48,662 bases of DNA, taken from the IMG/VR virus record IMGVR_UViG_3300044724_004748, positions 1 through 48,662 of that record. The stretch is one strand, 5' to 3'. A program made the translations under genes and the position numbers. Shown one piece after another: positions 8,003-17,938 of the stretch. This DNA is from a virus (Duplodnaviria; Caudoviricetes). Every line of letters starts with the position of its first letter. Position 1 is the stretch's first letter. Under the pieces are notes generated by a model. It was not told the origin of the DNA, made no database searches, and saw only the letters and a program-made list of their open reading frames with translations.

Positions 8003-9952
8003 TTATCTCACAGGACACGCACCAGTAGCACACTCAGCATCGAACTCCTCGTCCGACATGATCGTGGAACCTGAAAGCTTCTCACCAAGCTGTGACGTAG
8101 AGCTGAGCACATGCTCGTACTCTTCCTTTGTCAACTCGCCCATCGGGGCCTGATCGAAACCATGCTCGCTGTGCAACAAGAACGAAACGGACTTCATCTC
8201 GCTCCAATGCTCCGCAAGGTACGAACGAATGTCATCAAGCTCTTCGCTCTTGTAGTAGACAGTCACCGAAATAGCGTTGTCTGCCCACACCTTCTGAAGA
8301 CGACGAACAAGGTCCATCTGCTCAATCGCAGTCATGTCCTTAGCTTCAAGCGTCCCATCAGGGAAAGCACACGGGAACTCAACAACAACAGTACGGTCAT
8401 CTTCCGAACCATCAAAGTTGCGGAGAGGCTCAACGTAGAAGCCCTTAGACTTGCAGTAGTTAACCAGAATGTCCGTGGAAGCCATACGCATACGCTTCAC
8501 AAAGTACTGACTAAAGCCGGGGTGAACCCCTGGAGTCACACCCGGGAGAAGGCTAAGTGTACCAGAAGGCTTGATCGTGGTAAGGCGTACAGACTCGGGC
8601 CAGCCACGCTCATCCGACCACTCGGCATCAAACTCACGCAGAGCAACATAGGTGTCGTCCAGCCAATCAATCTTGTCCATAGCCTGAGCGACACCAGTGA
8701 TGCCCAGCCCGAGACGCATGTTGGTTGACGTGATCTTGTCTGAAGCAGGGTCAAGGTAAGACAGCGCCGCTGTCGCCTTCTGAACCTTGTACAGCAACTG
8801 AGATACATCCTGAAGCTCTTCCGGAGAATCAATCATCGGCAAGAAAATCTCAGACAAGTTGCACGACTCACGGTTAGCCAACGGGATTTCAGCACAAGGG
8901 TTAACACCCACAATCGACGGATCGGGACGCTCTTCGCCCATACGACCAAACTGGCGTGAAGCTTCGAGGTTGAAGAACCCGTACGGCTCACCGTTACCCT
9001 TGTAACCTTCCCAGATAAGCTCCGGCATGTCCTTCATCTGTTCCGGAGAAACGAAAACAGTGTTGTTTGACATGGCTCGCTCAATCGGAATATCGCCAAG
9101 GTCCCAACGCTTCGCCATCAGGTAATCTTCATCGTCAAGACGGCCAACAGCAATTTCAGCGCTGCGGCGAACGTTACCGGCAACAACGATAGAGCCAATG
9201 ATGTTCATGCAGTCAAGAACCTCAACTGAAGTCATCGTGCGACCGACAGCGCCGTCAAGGACAGCACAAATCTTCTCAATACCTGAAACGAGAATCTCGG
9301 GACCTGAAGCAGTACCACCAAACGTCTTAATCGGCACACCGGCCTTGCGGATCAGGTGAGTAGCGTACGTCATCTTACGAGGATTGTCGTCGTCGCCCAA
9401 GTAGCACTCAAAGACCTTCCGGACTGCTTCGCCCCAACCCTCACGGGTATCAGGTACGATGAAATCAGAATCGTCAGCGTCATGATGCTCAACCCAAGCT
9501 GAACGAACAACGCCCAAACGCTCAGGCTGGTCACAAGAGAAGCCCACACCGCCGCCAAGCATCAGCCGCTCTACGGCCCAAGAGAAATCCGTGGGCTTCT
9601 GAACATCAACAAACCAGCAGTTAACCAGACTGTCGCCACCCAAACGCTTGTTGTTCGGGGTACCCATCTGCCAAAGCATGCGACCAGCAACAGAAGCCTT
9701 CAAGTTGAACAGGTAGTCATAGAGACGGACAGCCTCATCTTCCGACAACTGCGCACCAATATCCTGAGCGCCATTAACGACACGCTGAATCGTTTCGTGC
9801 CATTCCTCAGTACGAACAATTGTGTCGCCCTCAAAAATAGGACGGGCATAGGTTCGCTTGTAAACAATATAGCCTAATCCGTTAAATCCCCACGGAGGCA
9901 TCTTGTCGGCGTATGAGGCGGCATGGTCGTCGGAAATAAAAAAGGGGTCCAC
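8003..9952 (-). CDS. nrdJ: Class II (adenosylcobalamin-dependent) ribonucleotide reductase, monomeric RTPR type
   Basis: LVNCWFV, GNVRRSAEI, NPCAEI (thiyl Cys), TIKPSGTLS and C-terminal CATGACPVR. GTG start with AAGGAG RBS. No intein. Confidence 0.93.
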   Translation of the reverse strand: MDPFFISDDHAASYADKMPPWGFNGLGYIVYKRTYARPIFEGDTIVRTEEWHETIQRVVNGAQDIGAQLSEDEAVRLYDYLFNLKASVAGRMLWQMGTPNNKRLGGDSLVNCWFVDVQKPTDFSWAVERLMLGGGVGFSCDQPERLGVVRSAWVEHHDADDSDFIVPDTREGWGEAVRKVFECYLGDDDNPRKMTYATHLIRKAGVPIKTFGGTASGPEILVSGIEKICAVLDGAVGRTMTSVEVLDCMNIIGSIVVAGNVRRSAEIAVGRLDDEDYLMAKRWDLGDIPIERAMSNNTVFVSPEQMKDMPELIWEGYKGNGEPYGFFNLEASRQFGRMGEERPDPSIVGVNPCAEIPLANRESCNLSEIFLPMIDSPEELQDVSQLLYKVQKATAALSYLDPASDKITSTNMRLGLGITGVAQAMDKIDWLDDTYVALREFDAEWSDERGWPESVRLTTIKPSGTLSLLPGVTPGVHPGFSQYFVKRMRMASTDILVNYCKSKGFYVEPLRNFDGSEDDRTVVVEFPCAFPDGTLEAKDMTAIEQMDLVRRLQKVWADNAISVTVYYKSEELDDIRSYLAEHWSEMKSVSFLLHSEHGFDQAPMGELTKEEYEHVLSSTSQLGEKLSGSTIMSDEEFDAECATGACPVR

Positions 9953-10079
9953 AGTACGTTCTCCTTGTGGTGTAGTGATGTTCTGAAAAGAGGTGGTTTT
10001 AGTATTCTAGGGGGGCTGATGTAGCTTCCGGCGTCAAGTTATCACGAGATTGGAAGAAATCAAACCTATTTGCTACAGA

Positions 10080-10814
10080 TTATTCTGTCAGCTCAGCTAG
10101 CCGCCTAGCTAACTCTTCTCTGTTGGAGAACAACAAGAAGATGCCCGCCGCTTGAGTGTTTATGGAAAGAACTCCATCTGATTCGTTATCTAAATAGATG
10201 TTAAACAAACCAACTTCTGCAAGCTTTAACAAAATTCCAATCAGTAACAAATCATCTAGAGGTATATTCTTACTAGCCTTCAAGTATTCGACTAGGAAAC
10301 CTATCTTAGTGGATGTCTGCCCCATAGTCAACAAGGCTTTCAATATCTCTCCAGAAATAGTTTCCCACTCACCAAACAACGCCAACGAAGGCCGAACAGC
10401 ATCGTATCTAAACATGGAGGAAGATCTCCCTGACAAGCAGACGGCGGCGTCCAAAGCAGCACCATTCGACTCGTTCAAAGCAAGAAACAACACCCCGTTA
10501 TCCTGCAACTCTAACGCTTCAAGAGACTGACGATCATACAAACAGTCAACTAAACAAAACTCGCTAGCCACCCCAATAACAGCCTCAGTTTCATCCAACG
10601 AATACATGTCTTCTCTGGAATCTTTATTCGCCACAGCATGCATCAACAACAGCAGATCAAACTTTTCGTTATCAACCATGCCGTTTCGGGTCACAAGGTA
10701 TTCGACAACATTCGTCAATCCGTACAGAAGAAACGGATTAATCGCCTCCAACAAATCAACGTCATGCTGCGTCCACGCAGGGAACGGAATGTCGTCGTCA
10801 TCGAATATAGGCAT
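10080..10814 (-). CDS. Hypothetical protein (leaderless)
   Basis: TGc-TATAAT-6nt-ATG(10814), an extended -10 box. Confidence 0.6.
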   Translation of the reverse strand: MPIFDDDDIPFPAWTQHDVDLLEAINPFLLYGLTNVVEYLVTRNGMVDNEKFDLLLLMHAVANKDSREDMYSLDETEAVIGVASEFCLVDCLYDRQSLEALELQDNGVLFLALNESNGAALDAAVCLSGRSSSMFRYDAVRPSLALFGEWETISGEILKALLTMGQTSTKIGFLVEYLKASKNIPLDDLLLIGILLKLAEVGLFNIYLDNESDGVLSINTQAAGIFLLFSNREELARRLAELTE

Positions 10815-10852
10815 GGGCTTATTATAGCAAAGGCCCTCCACCAAGAGGTAAA

Positions 10853-10887
10853 TAAGAAAACCCCCGGCCCAAAGGACCGGGGGTTCT
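10853..10887 (-). terminator. Intrinsic terminator after major capsid gene
   Basis: AACCCCCGGTCC-TTTG-GGCCGGGGGTT followed by TTCTT on the minus strand. Confidence 0.85.
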
Positions 10888-10919
10888 CAACTTATCCAAC
10901 TACCCCGAAGGGACTAGGA

Positions 10920-12209
10920 TCAGCTCGGCTCGGCGTCGAAGGTGACCTTGACGAACGACTCCGGGCGCTTGACAGCGAGGGCCAGACGCTCTTCAGCAAG
11001 CACCACGATGGCGTTGCGGACGAAGAAGTCTGAGTGCTGCTCCGAAATACGGATCGTAGCAGCCTCACGGTCGTAAAGCTGAGCGCCAGTACCGAAAGCA
11101 CCAACAAGAGCGGTACCTGAAGCAATAGCAGGAGTGTCGATGACGGGGATACGCCAGACACGTGACTCAGCGCCACCGGCAACTGACATAGCAAGCAGGT
11201 AGGTGCCCTGCGAGTTCTTGGTCAGCTCGATGTCTTCCCAATCTGACGGGTGGACGATGATGCCGGTCGGCTCGTAGTAGGCAAGGTATGCCAGAGTAGC
11301 CGCACGACGGAGAGCATCGGCTTTGGTGTCAGCAACAGGTGAGGTTTCACCATCTGACCATGCATAGGTCTGAATGCCTGAGGTGTTGAGGACACCAGTA
11401 AGGTCCTCACCAGTACCGGCACCGTTCAGGATCTGCTCGTCCTCGTGAAGACGAAGACCGTAAAGAAGCTCGTTGTCGATGATTGAACGCAGCTGCGGCT
11501 CATCGGCAAGAACGTTACGGTGGGCAGCTTCCCAGTGAGCGATGGTACGGACCGGAGCCTGCTCACCAACGAAGGTCATCGTTGACTGAGGCTTCGCACC
11601 AAAGTTACCGCTGGAGTACTCCGGAACAACTGAAGCGTTGTTCGTGAAGCCAGTCTGGCGGAAGTACTCAACTACGGCAGCGTTAGTAGTACGTGCCGGG
11701 AACAGGTCACGGACACGGCTACGACGCTGAGCAATCGGGACAATGCCGTCACGCTCAACCGCACCAAACGCATCAGGATCGCCCGTGGGCAGACCTGAGT
11801 AAATGTCCTTCTGGGAAAGTGACTTAGCCTGGAAAGGCGCAACCATGTTGACGCCAGCCTTGCCGCCCTGAAGTGACTTAAACTCGTCAGAAGCAAGGAA
11901 AGACTCACCAACTGACTTACGCTGAGCAGCAACCTCGCGCTCAACACCAGCAGCTACCTCAGCAGCAACTGACTTGTATTCGGCCTCTGAGGACCAAGCT
12001 GAAACGTCACGAAGTGAAGTGATGCCCTCAATGAGGCCCTTCATCTCGTTGATCTCAGCCATGTTTGACTGGAAAGCAGCCTTCTTTTCCGCATCTGCGA
12101 TAACAGTGGTGCCTTCCACCTGCATCGAGTCAACGATCTCCTGCTGCTCAGCCATCTTAGCTGACAGAGCAGTCTTGACCTCGTTGAGCCGACTCTCATC
12201 AAAACTCAT
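10920..12209 (-). CDS. Major capsid protein, HK97 fold, with N-terminal delta/scaffold domain
   Basis: VRDLFP, VRTIAHW, QLRSIIDNELLYGL...EDEQILNG.GTG, FVRNAIVVLAEERLALAVKRPESF. Start at ATG 12209 with AAGGAG RBS. Confidence 0.95.
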   Translation of the reverse strand: MSFDESRLNEVKTALSAKMAEQQEIVDSMQVEGTTVIADAEKKAAFQSNMAEINEMKGLIEGITSLRDVSAWSSEAEYKSVAAEVAAGVEREVAAQRKSVGESFLASDEFKSLQGGKAGVNMVAPFQAKSLSQKDIYSGLPTGDPDAFGAVERDGIVPIAQRRSRVRDLFPARTTNAAVVEYFRQTGFTNNASVVPEYSSGNFGAKPQSTMTFVGEQAPVRTIAHWEAAHRNVLADEPQLRSIIDNELLYGLRLHEDEQILNGAGTGEDLTGVLNTSGIQTYAWSDGETSPVADTKADALRRAATLAYLAYYEPTGIIVHPSDWEDIELTKNSQGTYLLAMSVAGGAESRVWRIPVIDTPAIASGTALVGAFGTGAQLYDREAATIRISEQHSDFFVRNAIVVLAEERLALAVKRPESFVKVTFDAEPS

Positions 12210-12394
12210 GTTTATCTCCTTAAGGTATTTAACATGTTTACTGTCTAATGACAGGCGACCCAACACAATGTGGTAACACCGGTCAAATATTATGCTATCA
12301 TCAACGTAAAGTAAACCACGGGAACTTTTCTAAGTTTCTACAGCTACTGTTACAAGTAATAGTCTAATGTATAGCAAAAATGAAATCCACTAGC

Positions 12395-13912
12395 TTAGGA
12401 TTTAGTTCTACGTGGATGTTTCTTAGGGAGAAGATCATTATCGGTCGTGTACTTAGGATTCGACGGTTTACCGCTAGACACAAGTTTCAAGAATGCGTTG
12501 ACACGGCCCATCGCCCACTGCTGACGGCCCATCTTCGGACGGTGAGTAGCTGAGAAAGCACCGGCACCTCTACGCCACACGGCCTTAAGCATACCTAACG
12601 TCACCTTGCGTTCAGTCTTGTTACGCTTTTCCATCTTCTCATTATGCTCTTTTACCTTGTTTTTCAATGAAGCCTCAACCGCAGCAGAGAGTTCAATCCC
12701 GCCACGAGTATTAGAAGCAGTCCCTGGCTTATTTCGTCTAGACCCGCGGATACGTTCCGAAGGCTTCGCAGGCGTCTTAGGATCATTCGGACCATAACGT
12801 CTAGCAGCCTTTTGGCGAGTCTTCCAATTCTCAGGAATCAACTCGGTACGGCCCAAAGCACGAGCACGTTTCATAATATGCTTTTTCGCTGCTTCAGCGT
12901 CTTTGCCCAAACCGTAAGCCTGGATAGCGTTACGCAAATCCCCAACATCACGAATCGGGAACGAACCATCAGGCAACGCCCAACCACGCTTCGTATACTC
13001 CATCCGGCGAGCACGAGTATAGAAACGTTTTTCCTCAATCGAATTAAACGACTTCTCAGTGCCCTCTACACGAGCCACAATATTCTTCGCCCATGTATAT
13101 CCCGCATCGCCACCCCACAAAGCGTGAGCAATTCGACCGTTAGAAGGAAAGCCCTTTTCTCCTGGCCTAAACCCGTCAGCTTTAGAGTCAGACTGGTGTC
13201 TATCAAAAAATGCCTTCATTCGCTTCACCGTCTTATACGGAAGATTCTTACCGTTAGCGATGTCTCTAGCACGAGCAATACCTACAGCAGTACCGCCACG
13301 CTTAAATTCTTTACGCCACTCCAACGCACGCTTCGCTTCCGCAACCATACCTTTCGTCGGAGTGAACGAATCAGAAGCTGTCACGGATTTAGCCGAGACC
13401 AAACCCCCACCCGGCAACGTCTCAATACCACGTGGGCCACGCTCACGAAGTTTCTCCCAAGCCCGCAAATCTGTAGCCACACGACGAGTTGGTCGCTTCA
13501 AACGCAAAACCGGAGAACCCCCAACACTCAAATGGCCGTGAGCCGCATTGTAATCTTCAGGAGTCATACACGGCGCCCAAACCCCTTGCCGGGTCTGATG
13601 TGCACCGGCGCACCCCATCTTACTTGCGGCCTGTTCTGCAGCTTCACGAGTCGGGAACTTGTTCTTCCCTTTACCCTTCGCTTTCAACTCTAAAAAGTCG
13701 TAGAAGTTTTTCTTCTGCTCTTGCCGCTTCTTCCACTCACGAAAAGCAGGGTTACCGACCCGGATCAGCTTCTTCAAATCCTTAGGCGACTCACAAGGCC
13801 CCCAAGCATCTTCACCCACTTTGTGCGCTCCAGAACAACCCAAAATCTTCGACAGCTCTTTCGCCATCTTTTCTGTAGGGACAGTTTGGTCTTCTAATGG
13901 ATCTTTAGCCAT
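12395..13912 (-). CDS. Mosaic basic head-associated protein: 2x GCxGxH..PC (DUF3721-like), WGGDAG module, ALPDGSFPI (DUF6582-like) module, DUF5824-like C-terminal module
   Basis: GCSGAH...WGPC; GCAGAH...WAPC; RGGTAVGIARA...RMKAFFDRH...ALWGGDAGYTW; ALPDGSFPIRDVGDLRNAI; LKAVWRRGAGAFSATHRP...QQWAMGRVNAF. Confidence 0.75.
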   Translation of the reverse strand: MAKDPLEDQTVPTEKMAKELSKILGCSGAHKVGEDAWGPCESPKDLKKLIRVGNPAFREWKKRQEQKKNFYDFLELKAKGKGKNKFPTREAAEQAASKMGCAGAHQTRQGVWAPCMTPEDYNAAHGHLSVGGSPVLRLKRPTRRVATDLRAWEKLRERGPRGIETLPGGGLVSAKSVTASDSFTPTKGMVAEAKRALEWRKEFKRGGTAVGIARARDIANGKNLPYKTVKRMKAFFDRHQSDSKADGFRPGEKGFPSNGRIAHALWGGDAGYTWAKNIVARVEGTEKSFNSIEEKRFYTRARRMEYTKRGWALPDGSFPIRDVGDLRNAIQAYGLGKDAEAAKKHIMKRARALGRTELIPENWKTRQKAARRYGPNDPKTPAKPSERIRGSRRNKPGTASNTRGGIELSAAVEASLKNKVKEHNEKMEKRNKTERKVTLGMLKAVWRRGAGAFSATHRPKMGRQQWAMGRVNAFLKLVSSGKPSNPKYTTDNDLLPKKHPRRTKS

Positions 13913-13913
13913 G

Positions 13914-14492
13914 TCACTTTCCTCGCTGTTCGCTAGGAACCGTCCCGCCGGTTAATTTGATAAAGTCATAAGCGTACTTAGGGTTTTGCTCTTTCTCAAC
14001 CTTGTTCAGTATCGCATAACTATATTCTAGTATCTCTCGCTGCGTAGCGTCGTCAATATCCGCTTCCGCCCCGGGCATGTTGATATTAATGTCCCAACCG
14101 AAAAAGATAGCTTCCATAAAAGCATCAACATCGGCAGGTGTCATCAAACGAGTATTCATCGAAAAGAAAAAGATGTAATCCGCCAACTCGCCATCAGGCA
14201 TGGCCTCAATGCGCTGCTTCGTCAGCATCGCCTTAGCGTTAAACTCATCAATGTTTGTGTACGCCTCAGAATACTCTGATCTGTCAATCTCAGACAGATC
14301 AGGAAAGAAGAACCTAAGACGCTGCTCAGTAAACATGGGAACATCAAGTGGACGAAGCTTCTCTATCTCGGCAAACGCACGATCAACCTTGGCCTGACTA
14401 TGCATAGTTGAATGCGCCTCAGCCGACCGAGGGTCCTGTACCCGGATAATAACGAAAGCATCATCTGTTGTCTTGTAGTATGTCTCGTTCAT
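13914..14492 (-). CDS. Hypothetical protein
   Basis: 192-aa ORF tightly packed with both neighbours. Confidence 0.65.
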   Translation of the reverse strand: MNETYYKTTDDAFVIIRVQDPRSAEAHSTMHSQAKVDRAFAEIEKLRPLDVPMFTEQRLRFFFPDLSEIDRSEYSEAYTNIDEFNAKAMLTKQRIEAMPDGELADYIFFFSMNTRLMTPADVDAFMEAIFFGWDININMPGAEADIDDATQREILEYSYAILNKVEKEQNPKYAYDFIKLTGGTVPSEQRGK

Positions 14493-14704
14493 ACGTTAAC
14501 CTCTTCAATGTTCCACATGGCTGCACCACGGCCCACTAGGTCTCTGATGCTAGTGAAATTTTTACCTTCTGCCCATTGAGTCATATCTAAGTGTAGTTGA
14601 GGATCATAAAATTGCATGTCAATCATTTGATGATTGTCAAACACAACGTAACCATACGGTTTGTTGTCGTAAGAAAAATTGTATCGTTTAGCCATCGTCA
14701 TCAC
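14489..14704 (-). CDS. Small hypothetical protein
   Basis: 71-aa ORF overlapping both neighbours in the operon. Confidence 0.55.
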   Translation of the reverse strand: MMTMAKRYNFSYDNKPYGYVVFDNHQMIDMQFYDPQLHLDMTQWAEGKNFTSIRDLVGRGAAMWNIEEVNV

Positions 14705-14903
14705 CCTGCGCTTCTAACAGTCCCTCATAAAATCTAGCGTACTCTTCATCACCGGTCTCTCTAAAAAAAGCAATCAAGTTCGGATAGTCCACAGGCTTAC
14801 CTGTACCGAACTCTTCTTCTTCCAGTTCTGCTTCAGCAGCGGCTGTAGCTGAAAAATCAGAATAATCTACTTCGACATACGATTCTTTGCTAAGTTTTCC
14901 CAT
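14688..14903 (-). CDS. Small acidic hypothetical protein
   Basis: 71-aa Glu/Asp-rich ORF starting 2 nt after the 1010-aa gene stop. Confidence 0.6.
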   Translation of the reverse strand: MGKLSKESYVEVDYSDFSATAAAEAELEEEEFGTGKPVDYPNLIAFFRETGDEEYARFYEGLLEAQGDDDG

Positions 14904-14905
14904 GA

Positions 14906-17900
14906 TTACTGTAACCCTTCTAAGAACCCTCTGGTATCTTCAAGAACAGCCGGAGGACCCGGTGCGCTTTCCCACCCTTGCATGGCCTCATCATACTTAC
15001 GCTGATACAACTTTCTAAACTCTTCTTCACCTATGCTATCACCATTGAGGGCTAGTTGCCTAATTTCTCTTAGAATAGCGTCACCGACTCCAGTCTTCAG
15101 TTTTTGATCAACCCACATGCGTCGCTGGTGCTCCCACAAGATTGACTGCATCTCTCGTGGAAGAATGCCATACTCTTGCGCTTTACGTAGAGCGGCTTCC
15201 CTCGCTAGCCAATACGAACCACTAAACCCTATAGTTTTGTTCGTATCAAACATTTTACCTATAAACGGGTTATTCTTAGGAAGAACGGTGTCAGTATAGG
15301 GACGAGGATTGTTAGGTAGCACTTCGTTGCCGTTGTTATCAATGTAGCCCGCATGAAGAGTCCCTGTTGACCCTATAGGGATCAAAGACACAGCGTTAAA
15401 GTGATGCGTGTCCGCTGTTAGGCTTGCCCATTGAGTGTCAGCAGGATCAGCAATATTGTTATAGAAAGACCTTACCTTAGCGTATTCGCCTAAATTAGGT
15501 GAAATATACCTCTCTACAAAAGCCGTCGTATCTAAATCGGTATTGTTTGCATCACCTTGTAAAATTCTAGCGATTTTGTCAAACGAATAGTTACCTAATT
15601 TAACAGGCTCACGACGCAATATAGGAACACCGCCCTTACCTGTCTCTTCAGTAACCACAAACCCTAGACTCTCATAAAAACTATGAAGCTCAGGCTGTGC
15701 CTCAATAGAAAGAAAAACGGCAGAACGATCAGCACCTTTAGTTACCTTCGCCATCAAATCTCGATGCTGCTTACTTCCCGGTTCTTTGCTTAGCGTCACA
15801 TCGGAAATAAAGCCATCAGGAGTAACCTGCAAACTAGCGTTAACAACTTTCGTTTCTTTAGTTTCTAGCTTGTACTCGCTTTCTGGCATATCTGATGGAA
15901 TAATCAAAGTACTAGCTGAATGTGAATTCGAGGCAGCAACACCTTCTATCATCACCATATCGAAAGAGCCATCGCCAGCCTCAGACGGAATCAAATCTAC
16001 ACGACCCAAATCACTACCATCAGCGTTTTTAGCAGCCCTTGATCTGATGTAATGCGACACAAACAACGGATCTTGCTCATGCAACGGAACATCCAGCTTC
16101 CCGTCCATTAAAGACAAATACTCTTCTACAGGCATGTTGTCTAATCTTTTAAGAAGCTCTCTATCCGCAGTTACATCAACACCTCTTTTCTTTCTTTCTT
16201 TCAAACTGCTGTTTTTAGCATCTATGTAAGCTCTACGCATCACTTCAACGTCTGCAGCAGTTATCGTAGGATTTTCAGCCCAAACCCTAATACTATTAAT
16301 CGCTAAAGGAACATTATCACGCCAATCCGACGACGCCGACAAAACAGCTAAAACGGCAGCAGCAGACTCAGGACGAACACCAGACTCATCAGAAATCTTG
16401 CCAGCCAAATTATTAGCCACACCATACCAAGCCTGCGTCACCCTAGCCTCCGGCGTCAACACATAACGGCCCTCATCAACATCCCACGCCAACATCGACC
16501 TACCCGGCGCATCAGGAGGAGACTGCGCCAACAAATAATCAATGTTATCTTCAAAATGCTGCAAAACCCTATCTAACGCCTCAGTAACCTGATCATCCGT
16601 CAAATTTTTAAGTGTGCCTCTTTTTTCAGTCCGGACTTTCTTTCCTGTCTTCTTTCTCGTAAGATCGCTTAACTCCAAAACACTCTCTAAATGAGGCATC
16701 TCTTGCAAAATGCCATTCAACGTCGCAGCCCGCTGCTTAGGGGTTAGCTGAGCAAACTCCTGACTAACAAGCGCCGGACTGCCAGGGTTCTGCCGACCCA
16801 CAACAGTAGCCCCAGGACGAGGCCGAGCCGTAGCACCCTCAAACAAAGAAACCAACTCATCCGTATCAGTCAAACGCACCGTAGCCATACGATCCGAAAC
16901 AGCATCACGCTTACCCTTCATACGCTCAAAACTAGCAGAGCGTTCTAAGCTAAGCGTGTCGGCATTAAACTTACGAAGACCACCATCAGTGCCCTGCTGC
17001 ACAAGCTCCGCACGCAGACGACGAAGCGACTCAATAACTTCTTCACGACGCTCTGGATCTTCCAAACGCTTACGCAACTCAAGCAAAGCAGGATGATTCG
17101 CATCCATAGCATCCGCAACAAAGCTCTCTAATGCTTGCCGATCCCTCAAACCAACATTCGTTATTAAAGCCCCCGAATCAGGAACCGGATGCAAACTCAT
17201 GCCTTCATCATCTGACGAGCCAATAACATCTAACGGACTGCGAGACGGGTTAGCCAAAACAAAATCCATCAAAGCCAAACGTACCACATCATCCGTATCA
17301 GCCTGAGATACACTCATCTCCGGACGCAAATCACGAGTATCCCCAGCCACCACCGAATCAGGCATCTCCATCAAAACCGCAAACGAACCATTATCGCCAA
17401 TACCGCTAGCAACCCGCATGCGGCCCTGAGCAAAACCAAACTCCTCAGCTACCCGAGAAACCAAAATTTCTACCTGCCCAGCATCATCTAAAGCGTCGCT
17501 GCCCTCATGATGTTTCAAGCCATACACCATCCCAGTAACAGTATCTCGAAACTTCAAAATACCATCAACACCATCCGTGGTCTCACGGACCGAAATGATT
17601 TCAAACCTATCCTGGCCTTCAGTAGCAAGGTCACGCAGAATAGTGTCAGCTAAAAACTCGTCAGGTACCGCAGACAGCGGCCCATTCTGGCCAGAAACAT
17701 GCGCCACAGCCGACTCGATATCACCAATCGTAGTATTACCCTCAGCCACACTCACAACAGTAGGCGCACCGTTCGCTTTACGATACGGATCAATATCCGA
17801 ACTATAGTTCGGGCTGTAACGCTGAGCCACACCATTAGGTGTACGTGGACGCTTAGGAGTAACCTCACAGAACATCTTCTCAGAAATCTGCTCAATTATT

Positions 17901-17938
17901 TTGTTAGTCACTTTGTTCTGTACGAAAAAGTCAGCCAT
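14906..17938 (-). CDS. Polyvalent protein: degenerate HipA/PI4K-like kinase domain plus HhH-GPD glycosylase-like (DUF7178-like) domain with a GNAT-like insertion
   Basis: Kinase-like YGLK...EILVSRVAEEFG...DFVLANPSR...LHPVPDSG. Glycosylase-like AWY...AAAVLAVLS...W.DN...KVRSFYNNI...TADTH...QSILW. Insert ends FYESLGF. Start at ATG 17938. Confidence 0.6.
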   Translation of the reverse strand: MADFFVQNKVTNKIIEQISEKMFCEVTPKRPRTPNGVAQRYSPNYSSDIDPYRKANGAPTVVSVAEGNTTIGDIESAVAHVSGQNGPLSAVPDEFLADTILRDLATEGQDRFEIISVRETTDGVDGILKFRDTVTGMVYGLKHHEGSDALDDAGQVEILVSRVAEEFGFAQGRMRVASGIGDNGSFAVLMEMPDSVVAGDTRDLRPEMSVSQADTDDVVRLALMDFVLANPSRSPLDVIGSSDDEGMSLHPVPDSGALITNVGLRDRQALESFVADAMDANHPALLELRKRLEDPERREEVIESLRRLRAELVQQGTDGGLRKFNADTLSLERSASFERMKGKRDAVSDRMATVRLTDTDELVSLFEGATARPRPGATVVGRQNPGSPALVSQEFAQLTPKQRAATLNGILQEMPHLESVLELSDLTRKKTGKKVRTEKRGTLKNLTDDQVTEALDRVLQHFEDNIDYLLAQSPPDAPGRSMLAWDVDEGRYVLTPEARVTQAWYGVANNLAGKISDESGVRPESAAAVLAVLSASSDWRDNVPLAINSIRVWAENPTITAADVEVMRRAYIDAKNSSLKERKKRGVDVTADRELLKRLDNMPVEEYLSLMDGKLDVPLHEQDPLFVSHYIRSRAAKNADGSDLGRVDLIPSEAGDGSFDMVMIEGVAASNSHSASTLIIPSDMPESEYKLETKETKVVNASLQVTPDGFISDVTLSKEPGSKQHRDLMAKVTKGADRSAVFLSIEAQPELHSFYESLGFVVTEETGKGGVPILRREPVKLGNYSFDKIARILQGDANNTDLDTTAFVERYISPNLGEYAKVRSFYNNIADPADTQWASLTADTHHFNAVSLIPIGSTGTLHAGYIDNNGNEVLPNNPRPYTDTVLPKNNPFIGKMFDTNKTIGFSGSYWLAREAALRKAQEYGILPREMQSILWEHQRRMWVDQKLKTGVGDAILREIRQLALNGDSIGEEEFRKLYQRKYDEAMQGWESAPGPPAVLEDTRGFLEGLQ

